A stretch of DNA of 64,000 bases from Savitreella phatthalungensis (taxonomy: Eukaryota), in contig AP039714.1 in NCBI GenBank assembly GCA_051599415.1, forward strand, positions 1 to 64,000, read 5' to 3'. The position numbers and the translations under genes were made by a program. The number at the start of each line of letters is the position of its first letter. Position 1 is the stretch's first letter. Positions 1 to 9,169 of the stretch are shown piece after piece. Under the pieces are notes generated by a model. It saw nothing but the letters and a program-made list of their open reading frames with translations, was not told the DNA's origin and ran no database searches.

Positions 1-71
1 TATGTAACCTTCGTTCAGTTACGTATTGCTAAGGTTAAGACTACTTTCTGCCTTTGCGAGAACAGCACCCT
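1..71 (+). other. Oxford Nanopore ligation adapter + native barcode NB06 with flanks (sequencing artefact)
   Basis: 1-30 TATGTAACCTTCGTTCAGTTACGTATTGCT matches the adapter (AATGTACTTCGTTCAGTTACGTATTGCT) with read errors. 31-38 AAGGTTAA is the flank, 39-62 GACTACTTTCTGCCTTTGCGAGAA is NB06, and 63-71 CAGCACC(C)T is the second flank. Confidence 0.97.
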
Positions 72-170
72 ACCCTAACCCTAACCCTAACCCTAACCCT
101 AACCCTAACCCTAACCCTAACCCTAACCCTAACCCTAACCCTAACCCTAACCCTAACCCCAACCCTAACC
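72..170 (+). repeat. Telomere, (CCCTAA)n, i.e. TTAGGG type
   Basis: 14 perfect CCCTAA units (73-156), one CCCCAA variant and one more CCCTAA, C-strand at the contig start. Confidence 0.98.
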
Positions 171-194
171 GTCAAACTAACCAATGCCCCAACC

Positions 195-272
195 CTTGCT
201 CTGCTTTGCTTTGCTCGCTTGCTTGCTTGCTTGCTTGCTTGCTCGCTTGCTTGCTTGCTTGCTCGCTTGCTA
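195..272. repeat. (GCTT)n microsatellite adjacent to the telomere
   Basis: Run of TTGC/TCGC tetramers. Confidence 0.9.
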
Positions 273-537
273 ACCTTGTTTCTTTGCTCACCCCTGCTGC
301 CTTGCTACATGACACTTGTCCGCACCCATACGCCCCTGCTGGTCTTCAACATCATCATCATCATCTTGCTGTCTCCTTGCTGCTCCTCTCTGCTGCTCCT
401 CTCTCCGCTGTACTCCTGATCTCAATCCCTCATCTATCTGATACTCTTCCTCCAGTTTACCTGAAACATCTCATGCCATTTGCCCCCCAACATTCCTACT
501 GCTAACCGCTTTTCCCTTATTTCATCTCCAACTGCAC

Positions 538-780
538 TGTCACCTGCCACACGCTGGTACCTGCATGTCACCTGCCACACGCTGTTGCCTGCATGTCACC
601 TGTCACATGCTGTTACTTGCATGTCGCTTGTCAAATGCTGTTACCTGCACTGCCACCTGTCAAACATCTTTATCTTTACCTGCAACACATCTGTCAACCG
701 CCTTTACCTGCAACACATCTGTCAAATGCCATTACCTGCACCATCATCTGGCAAATGCTGTTGCCTGCACCGTCACCTGA
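538..780. repeat. Degenerate ~28-bp minisatellite, CpG-depleted
   Basis: Units such as TGTCACCTGCCACACGCTGGTACCTGCA at 538, 566, 594 and 622, with further decayed copies. Confidence 0.8.
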
Positions 781-1060
781 CCCACTGCCCTGCTCTGTGA
801 CCCAACATTTGTCAAACCCTTGATCTGCCAATTGCTGTTCACCTGTCATCTCCTGTTTTCTGTTTCTGTCACTCACTGTTGCCTGCACTGTACTCTGTTT
901 CATCACTTCACTGCCATCTGTCAAATGCTGTCATCTGTTAAACACTGCAACATCACTTGATACATCATTCCTGCACTGTCACTTGTTGTTTGAACACCTG
1001 GCCCCTGCCACTGACTCTGTCTCTGCTTGTTGACACATCACCTACTTGGCCCTGATCTCA
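720..1060 (+). repeat. Dispersed subtelomeric repeat, copy A (direct repeat of 5590-5935)
   Basis: Shares long blocks with 5590-5935, e.g. CCTTGATCTGCCAATTGCTGTTCA, CTCCTGTTTTCTGTTTCTGTCACTCACTGTTGCCTGCACTGTAC, AAATGCTGTCATCTGTTAAACACTGCAACATCACTTGATA and TTTGAACACCTGGCCCCTGCC. Confidence 0.9.
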
Positions 1061-1339
1061 TGCTGGCGCCTGTTATGCAACTCAATCAACTGCAATGTCA
1101 CATGGCATGCACTGTTACCTCCATTGTTGCTCGTCAAATCCATTGCGTGCGCTGTGCTGTGCCCTTTCCTCCACAACTCACTCTAAATCACTCTCACTTG
1201 CTCCTCTTGTATGTCTTGTGCACCATTGCATGTACTTGCCACTGTCATACACTGTAATCTGTCCACTATGTCGTGTCTGTGCCTGTCTGTGCTCCTTGTA
1301 TGCCTCATTCTACTATCTAGTCTGTGTTTTATTGACTGT

Positions 1340-1630
1340 GATGGCTGCTTCTGCTACCACACTGACTACTTCTGACATTCCCTCTGACATTCCCTTCACT
1401 CCTTCTAATACTGCCACTACTACAGCTACTGCTGCATTCATTACTGCTGCATTCATTACTGCTGCTGTTCCTACTGCTGTTCCTACTGCTGCCACTGCTG
1501 CTGCCACTGCTGCTGCTGCTACTACCACTACCACCGCTGCTGCTACTGCCGCTGCTGGCGGTGCTGCGGCTCTGCTGCTGTGCTGTGCTGTGCTGCAGGT
1601 GCTGTGCTGCTGCTGCTGCTGCTGGCGGCC
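1340..1630. repeat. Low-complexity (CTG/CTA/CCA)n trinucleotide-rich tract
   Basis: Runs of ACTGCTGCT and CTGTG; the poly-Ala/Thr ORFs arise from this composition. Confidence 0.8.
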
Positions 1631-1774
1631 ACCGGTGTAGCGCCTAACTGGCGCTCGCCTGATTGCAGGGCCAGTTGCAGGGCCGAAATTGCACCAGCCA
1701 CACGCTGCGCCACAGAACCGTGCGATTGTGTCGGCAACATCCTACAACCTTCAGAAGACAGGTTCTTGACGACT

Positions 1775-4690
1775 GCCTAGTACCACTACCTCCTAGTACT
1801 ACTACCTCCTAGTACTACTACCTCTTAGTACTACTACGGCCTGTTACTAGTGCCACCACCTAGTACCACTACAACCTACTGCTAGTACGACCTAGTAGGT
1901 GCGAAAAATGCTCGACTCGGCGACGACCTAGTACCACTACTGCCTAGTACTGCCACCTACCACCACAACCTAGTACTACCACCTAGTACTACTACGACCT
2001 AGTACTAGTACAACCTACTGCTAGTACGACCTAGTAGGTGCAAAAAATGATCGACTCGGCGACGACCTAGTACCACTACTGCCTAGTACTGCCACCTACC
2101 ACCACAACCTAGTACTACCTCCTAGTACTACTACAATCTAGTAGCACCTACTACTAGTACAATCTATTACTAGTATGACCTAGTAGGTGCGAAAAACGGA
2201 TCGACTCGGCGACGACCTAGCACCACCACCTAGTACTACCTAGCGCGACCTGGCACGGCCTATTACTAGTACCACCACCTGGCACCACGACAACCTACTA
2301 CTAGTACCACCACCTGCTAGTACGACCTGGCACTACCTAGCACCGACTGCGACCGAGGCCGACCTGGACCTGGTCACGTGACGGCACAAATCACGTGTGG
2401 GTGCCATTCAGGTCGACAAGCCAAATGGCACCTGCACGTGTGGGTGCCATTCAGGTCAACGAGCCAAATGGCACCCACACGTGTTTGACCTACTGCGACC
2501 TGGCACTACTACGACCTAGGACTACTACGACCTAGCACCACCACCTAGTACTACTACCAGCTACTACTACCAGCTACTACTACCACCTAGGACTAGCACC
2601 TAGTAGGTGCGAAAAACGGATCGACTCGGCGACGACCTGGCGCCACCACCTAGTACCACCTAGTGCGACCTGGCACGGCTTATTACTAGTACCACCACCT
2701 GACACCACTGTGACCTACTACTAGTACCACCACCTACTAGTACGACCTGGCACTGCAGAGTACTGCCACCTGGCACTACTACCTAGCACCGACTGCGACC
2801 GAGGCCGACCTGGACCTGGTCACGTGACGGCACAAATCACGTGTGGGTGCCATTCAGGTCAACGAGCCAAATGGCACCTGCACGTGTGGGTGCCATTCAG
2901 CTCATCGACCCAAATGGCACTTGCACGTGTTTGACCTAGTGCGACCTGGCACTACTACAACCTAGTACTACTACAATCTAGTACTACCTCCTGGTACTAC
3001 TACAACCTAGTACTACCTCCTAGTACTACTACAATCTAGTAGCACCTACTACTAGTACAATCTATTACTAGTATGACCTAGTAGGTGCGAAAAACGGATC
3101 GACTCGGCGACGACCTAGCACCACCACCTAGTACTACCTAGCGCGACCTGGCACGGCCTATTACTAGTACCACCACCTGGCACCACGACAACCTACTACT
3201 AGTACCACCACCTGCTAGTACGACCTGGCACTACCTAGCACCGACTGCGACCGAGGCCGACCTGGACCTGGTCACGTGACGGCACAAATCACGTGTGGGT
3301 GCCATTCAGGTCGACGAGCCAAATGGCACCTGCACGTGTGGGTGCCATTCAGGTCAACGAGCCAAATGGCACCCACACGTGTTTGACCTACTGCGACCTG
3401 GCACTACTACGACCTAGGACTACTACGACCTAGCACCACCACCTAGTACTACTACCAGCTACTACTACCAGCTACTACTACCACCTAGGACTAGCACCTA
3501 GTAGGTGCGAAAAACGGATCGACTCGGCGACGACCTGGCGCCACCACCTAGTACCACCTAGTGCGACCTGGCACGGCTTATTACTAGTACCACCACCTGA
3601 CACCACTGTGACCTACTACTAGTACCACCACCTACTAGTACGACCTGGCACTGCAGAGTACTGCCACCTGGCACTACTACCTAGCACCGACTGCGACCGA
3701 GGCCGACCTGGACCTGGTCACGTGACGGCACAAATCACGTGTGGGTGCCATTCAGGTCAACGAGCCAAATGGCACCTGCACGTGTGGGTGCCATTCAGCT
3801 CATCGACCCAAATGGCACTTGCACGTGTTTGACCTAGTGCGACCTGGCACTACTACAACCTAGTACTACTACAATCTAGTACTACCTCCTGGTACTACTA
3901 CAACCTAGTACTACCTCCTAGTACTACTACAATCTAGTAGCACCTACTACTAGTACAATCTATTACTAGTATGACCTAGTAGGTGCGAAAAACGGATCGA
4001 CTCGGCGACGACCTAGCACCACCACCTAGTACTACCTAGCGCGACCTGGCACGGCCTATTACTAGTACCACCACCTGGCACCACGACAACCTACTACTAG
4101 TACCACCACCTGCTAGTACGACCTGGCACTACCTAGCACCGACTGCGACCGAGGCCGACCTGGACCTGGTCACGTGACGGCACAAATCACGTGTGGGTGC
4201 CATTCAGGTCGACGAGCCAAATGGCACCTGCACGTGTGGGTGCCATTCAGGTCGACGAGCCAAATGGCACCTGCACGTGTGGGTGCCATTCAGGTCGACG
4301 AGCCAAATGGCACCCACACGTGTTTGACCTACTGCGACCTGGCACTACTACGACCTAGTACTACTACAATCTAGTACTACCTCCTAGTACTACTACAACC
4401 TAGTACTACTACCAGCTACTACTACAACCTACTACTAGTAATACCTAGTAGGTGCGAAAATAGATCGACTCGGCGACGACCTAGCACCACCACCTAGTAC
4501 TACCTAGCGCGACCTGGCACGGCCTATTACTAGTACCACCACCTGGCACCACGACAACCTACTACTAGTACCACCACCTGCTAGTGCCACCACCTGCTAG
4601 TACGACATGGTAGCACTGAGTACTGCCACCTGGCACCACCTAGAACGGCCTAGTACCACCACCTAGTACAACCTACTACAATCTAGTACA
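1775..4690. repeat. Subtelomeric higher-order tandem array (420+478 = 898-bp dimer) in a CTAGTACTAC matrix
   Basis: The marker AGGTGC(G/A)AAAA..GATCGACTCGGCGACGACC occurs at 1897, 2036, 2185, 2605, 3083, 3503, 3981 and 4450 (spacings 139, 149, 420, 478, 420, 478, 469). Each full monomer has GGTCACGTGACGG plus two (last: three) 43-bp hairpin units. Confidence 0.95.
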
Positions 4691-4725
4691 ACCATGTCAT
4701 TGTGCTCAAATGCCTTGTAGATCAT

Positions 4726-5350
4726 TGACAAACAGCGCCAATCTCAAATGGATGCACAGAACAAACGGCGCCAGGTCCTCACTAGGTGTTTGACAAACGG
4801 CGCCAATTTGGTGGTCAGCTGTTTGACAAACGGCGCCAATTTGGTGGTCAGCTGTCTGACAAACGGCGCCAATTTTATATGGATGCACAGGACAAACGGC
4901 GCCAGATCCTCACTAGGTGTTTGACAAACGGCGCCAATTTGGTGGTCAGCTGTTCGACAAACGGCGCCAATTTCAAATGGATGCACGACAAACGGCGCCA
5001 GGTCCTCGCTGGGTGTTTGACAAACGGCGCCAATTTGGTGGTCAGCTGTCTGACAAACGGCGCCAATTTCATATGGATGCACGACAAACGGCGCCAATTT
5101 GCTGGTCATGTGCCTGACAAACGGCGCCAATTTCAAATGGATGCACAGAACAAACGGCGCACAGGCAATCTATTTCCAAAAAACGGCGCCAATTTGCTGG
5201 TCAGGTGCCTGACAAACGGCGCCTCACATGACCAAAACTCGACAAACGGCGCCAAAATTGATATTTTTTGGAGATCAAATTATTCTTCTGAGGGCCTCCA
5301 GATAGGAGCAAATTTTGTCTTTCCGGCCCCGCTGACAAATGGCGCCAAAA
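4726..5350 (+). repeat. Phased array of the GACAAACGGCGCCA motif (31-33-bp period) with three recurring spacer types
   Basis: Motif starts near 4727, 4760, 4792, 4825, 4858, 4891, 4923, 4956, 4987, 5019, 5052, 5083, 5116, 5149 and beyond. Spacers are TTTGGTGGTCAGCTGT, TTTCAAATGGATGCAC and GTCCTCACTAGGTGTTT. Confidence 0.95.
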
Positions 5351-5358
5351 TGGCGTTG

Positions 5359-5586
5359 GATGCACGACAAACGGCGCCAAATTTTTGTGCATTGCGCCGT
5401 TTGTCAGGCGAAAAAATTGCCCCTATCTAAACCAGGTCAAACAAACGGGGTCAAACGCGAGGAATATATCTAGATGCACGACAAACGGCGCCAAATTTTT
5501 GTGCATTGCGCCGTTTGTCAGGCGAAAAAATTGCCCCTATCTAAACCAGGTCAAACAAACGGGGTCAAACGCGAGGAATATATCTA
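5359..5586 (+). repeat. 114-bp tandem duplication containing the inverted repeat GACAAACGGCGC...GCGCCGTTTGTC
   Basis: 5359-5472 and 5473-5586 read identically. Each has a 12-bp inverted repeat around a 16-nt spacer. Confidence 0.95.
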
Positions 5587-5589
5587 GTG

Positions 5590-5935
5590 TTATCTGCACT
5601 GTCACTTGTGTCATCATCTCTCAAATACCGTTACCTGCGCTACTACTTGCCTCATTGCCCTGCTCTGTGGCCTGGCATTTGTCCAAACCTTGATCTGCCA
5701 ATTGCTGTTCATCTGTTGACTCCTGTTTTCTGTTTCTGTCACTCACTGTTGCCTGCACTGTACTTTGTTCCATCACCATGCTGCAATTTGTAAAATGCTG
5801 TCATCTGTTAAACACTGCAACATCACTTGATATATCATTCCTGCACTGTTACTTGTCATTTGAACACCTGGCCCCTGCCGCTGACTCTGTCTCTGTTTGT
5901 CATAAATACCACCTGCTTGGCTCTGACTCTACCCA
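5590..5935 (+). repeat. Dispersed subtelomeric repeat, copy B
   Basis: Diverged direct repeat of ~720-1060. Confidence 0.9.
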
Positions 5936-5949
5936 CATGCATGCATAGC

Positions 5950-6790
5950 ATGTGTTCAGACAGACATAGCAATGATTTCATCACATATGAGGGGCTGACT
6001 TACAAGTCCGCGGTTTGGAAAACGATCAAGCAGAGCTTGCGCTATATGATTGTAGATTGCAATGTCGTCCTCCTCCTTCATCTGGTCCGGCGCTTGTCTC
6101 TGCGCCCTTGGCCATGCCTCGAAACCCACCACGGAGCAAGACCTGGAAATTGTATGTGACATTAGGCTCGTTCACCACTACAAAGCAATTTCTCACAGTG
6201 GAAGCGCTCGACAGTAAAGCAGAGTCGGCAACGAGAATTGTACCATGTCATTTGGTCACGTTTGCATCTTCCAACTTTCCCTCTCAATGGCGAGAACGAG
6301 TCTGCCACTCGCTGAAGCACAGCTTACTGATTAGAGATACGGGCTTGTTACCTTCATCTATCAGTACACAAGGAAGGAGCACTACAAGGTCACCCTTGAT
6401 GGCTTTCAATCTATTCTGGGCGACAGCACCCAAACAATTTCCGAAATAGGGAAGAAGGATTTTCAATGCAGCTGAATTGAACGACCAAGAGCCATTCAAA
6501 CTGAACCCAAGGTGAAGGTAACAGGGACGATTTGAGCCATGCACGACCATAAACTTCTTAAAGAGGAAGGAGATTTTCTAAGTTTTGACAGCTTCTCGAG
6601 CCTTCAGGACGGCAAGACGGAAAAGACACGCACTCCAGCGACACATGAATCACTATCATAGGTTATGCCGACTACAGCTGCCCCAGTTGTCTGCCGGACC
6701 AGAATGTCATCAAAGAGTTGGGACCATACGATTTTCCAAGGAGCCTTCCGACAACAATCGCGCCGCAGGCCGTTGCGCCCTTTTGACAAG
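5950..6790 (+). pseudogene. Possible decayed coding remnant, unidentified
   Basis: Protein-like + frames interrupted by TAG/TGA stops that could derive from CAG/CGA (MARTSLPLAEAQLTD*RYGLVTFIYQYTRKEHYKVTLDGFQSILG...). No family recognised. Confidence 0.25.
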
Positions 6791-6931
6791 ATTTATAGAT
6801 GACGCGCGCATTGCACTCGACATTCAGCTCACTCGCTGTTGTAGGCCACATTGACAGCCTTTCGCCGGCAAAAGGACTTGGCTGCAATTCCCCTCAATCA
6901 CTGCGCTGCCCCGAGAGGTCTGGTCTCTAGC

Positions 6932-8599
6932 ATGGTGTCGCTGCTACTTTTACTCCTCCCTTTTTGTGTGCTTAGCCACGCTGCAGACACAGCTGCGAGT
7001 CTCGCAGCCGCACAAGGTCGATGTAGTTCAGTGAAGGCCATCGTCTCAGCGCTTCCGACCACGGCTGCATCGTCGGCGTCGGCTTTCTGTAATGCGTTGC
7101 TCGGAGCAACAATACTTACAGCGCCTATCACAACGATCACTGTGCGAGGCACATGCGCATTGCCATTGCCATCAGATCTGTCGCTACGCACTCTCAGTAA
7201 GCGCGAGAAGCGAGGGTTCGTCCGCAGCGTCGCTGCTCCATGTCCGAGTTTCATGACTGCTCTGGGCACCAGCAGCATCTCGCAAGTCTGTGCGTGCTTA
7301 AAGTCAGCAGCGATCTCTACTTCAACATTCACCCCGACTGCAACAGTCACTAAATACAGTCCAGTGACAATAACGAGCACAAAGACTGTACAGGTTTCGG
7401 TTATCTCCAACCTGCCAATCCTGACATCGACGATTCAGGTGCGAGACGCTGCAAGCTACGTGACAAAGGTAATAACTGTCACAAGCATTGCGCCAACGAG
7501 TACAGTGACAATGACTGCTTCCAACGTTGTTTCGACTGTTCCTACCAGCACGCTCTCTGTCACCTCGACCGCAAGCTATCTCGTGCTTGAGTACACATCT
7601 TATTCGACCGAGACCTTGACCGGGACAAGTTACCTCATGATACCAATGCTGTCAACGAGATACATTTATTCCTGGGCAACGGTCACCGTACCAACAAGAA
7701 CGGTCTCCGTTGTTGCATCCATTGTGATTGACGGAAAAGCAGCTTTGTGCAAGCGAGACAAAGGTCTCACCCGCAGAGCCAGTCTGCCGGCTGCGAATCT
7801 CTGCCAGATTGTCACTGACACGGCTGTAATAACAGAGACTGTCACAATACCCTCTCAAAGCGTTCTTCAGCTCTACACTACGTCGACTCCAATGATAATT
7901 GCGAACGCTACAGTTACATTGACCTCGGTTCCAATCGTCAATTACACAAGCACACCTACCGTCACATCCACGCCCTACGTCACCACAACAATTGTCGAGA
8001 CCGTGACTACGACCCTCTATGATTCTGTCGGCCCTGAATCTGGCTCCTACGTGTCCACAAGCACGGCGGAGTATACAGTACTTGACGCCTATTCTGTTAC
8101 CCTATTAACCTCAACCAGCACCACTTACACATCAACCTCCACGAGCTATCTGCCTGTAGAGACAATCACTGTTGCAACAAAGACAGAATTTGTCACGATG
8201 CCAGAAGCGACGGCTACCGTGGCGCCGCAGCTTGAGATCCTCGTCGGAAATTCCAGGTTGCACGCGGGTCCAGGCACGAGCGGCGTTTATCTCAGCATTT
8301 GGAATGGAGTGCCCGATAATGTCACTTTCGTCTACAGCATTTCCAGTGATGGCATCATCAGCTCTTCAGCGGGCTCATTCATGCAACCTCCAAAGTCAGG
8401 GTATCCAATTTTCATGAAAACGGATACAGACAATCGGGCAAGATGTAAAATCGCCGTTGATGGCGTCACGCTGCACTGCGGAATGTTCATGAGGTTTGTA
8501 GAGGGCCACTTTGCCTGGGGCGGGTATCTTCCGTTTGCTTCTTATTATCGGGCTGTGCCAGACTTCAGACTTCAACCGGCCAATCGTGGATGCTTCTGA
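6932..8599 (+). CDS. Secreted Ser/Thr-rich adhesin/mucin-like protein (555 aa)
   Basis: ATG at 6932 gives the signal peptide MVSLLLLLLPFCVLSHA. It is followed by a Cys-containing N-domain, KR dibasic sites, a long Thr/Val/Ser stalk and a small C-terminal globular domain with no GPI tail. Confidence 0.8.
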   Translation: MVSLLLLLLPFCVLSHAADTAASLAAAQGRCSSVKAIVSALPTTAASSASAFCNALLGATILTAPITTITVRGTCALPLPSDLSLRTLSKREKRGFVRSVAAPCPSFMTALGTSSISQVCACLKSAAISTSTFTPTATVTKYSPVTITSTKTVQVSVISNLPILTSTIQVRDAASYVTKVITVTSIAPTSTVTMTASNVVSTVPTSTLSVTSTASYLVLEYTSYSTETLTGTSYLMIPMLSTRYIYSWATVTVPTRTVSVVASIVIDGKAALCKRDKGLTRRASLPAANLCQIVTDTAVITETVTIPSQSVLQLYTTSTPMIIANATVTLTSVPIVNYTSTPTVTSTPYVTTTIVETVTTTLYDSVGPESGSYVSTSTAEYTVLDAYSVTLLTSTSTTYTSTSTSYLPVETITVATKTEFVTMPEATATVAPQLEILVGNSRLHAGPGTSGVYLSIWNGVPDNVTFVYSISSDGIISSSAGSFMQPPKSGYPIFMKTDTDNRARCKIAVDGVTLHCGMFMRFVEGHFAWGGYLPFASYYRAVPDFRLQPANRGCF

Positions 8600-8817
8600 T
8601 CTACAGCCGATGTTTCAGTCAGTCGAATTCATCGCAAAGTACAGAGAACATACAAATAGAAAGCGAACATGTGACATGACTTTCAAATTTCTGTCATGAG
8701 AATTTACAGTGTGCAGGGTGCTGGCCCCATAGAATATTGCAATCTGTGCTACATGAAGCAAAGCACATCCTCGAATTGCTTGCACAGCTCTCCTCGCGAA
8801 CGTCAATCAGCTGATGC

Positions 8818-9167
8818 CGTTGTGGAGGACAGCCGCAGGACGCAAGAGCGATGGACGAACCGACACTGACACAAACCACAGGACACAGGAGGGATCACAC
8901 GGAACACCAGACAGCACCAATTGACACAAACATATACAAAATAACACACATAGTCACTCAAGAACTACGGGAGTCTGAGCCATTCAGTGGTCTCATCCAT
9001 GCACATACTATACATGATACAGACCACAACTCTGCTGACTGGGCTGATCGCTGCTGACGTGGCAAGCTGCACTTAGGTACAAGAAGACGCAGAATGCTGT
9101 ATACGAGAACAGTGTGCACGATATCACCCACATCAGGACCTAGCACAGCAATGCTATTTGGGCTACA
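8818..9167 (+). mobile_element. Solo-LTR-like repeat, copy 1 (decayed)
   Basis: Starts (C)GTTGTGGAGGACAGCCGCAGGAC and contains GCTGACGTGGCA, CATCAGGACCTAG and CTATTTG. Homologous to 10313-10600 and to the reverse complement of 10734-11056. Confidence 0.7.
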
Positions 9168-9169
9168 AT

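Noticed and set aside
26..505. ORFs with PNPNPN / LTLTLT repeats
   Set aside because: They are translations of adapter, telomere and microsatellite.
480..1780. Cys/His- and Ala/Thr-rich short ORFs
   Set aside because: Products of TG/CA-rich minisatellite and trinucleotide tracts; no domain recognised.
2392..4325. Palindromic repeat-spacer units resembling CRISPR or attC arrays
   Set aside because: Eukaryotic subtelomere, loops are near-identical rather than unique, and there is no cas or integrase gene.
1775..5586. rDNA intergenic-spacer or point-centromere interpretation
   Set aside because: No rRNA sequence in the window. The CDEI-like sites lack an AT-rich CDEII or a CDEIII.
4706..5693. 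ORFs with DKRRQ / TNGAN / LAPFV repeats, and a CRISPR-like look
   Set aside because: Open frames follow from the ~33-bp period. Unit lengths of 31-32 shift frames, and spacers recur in three classes.
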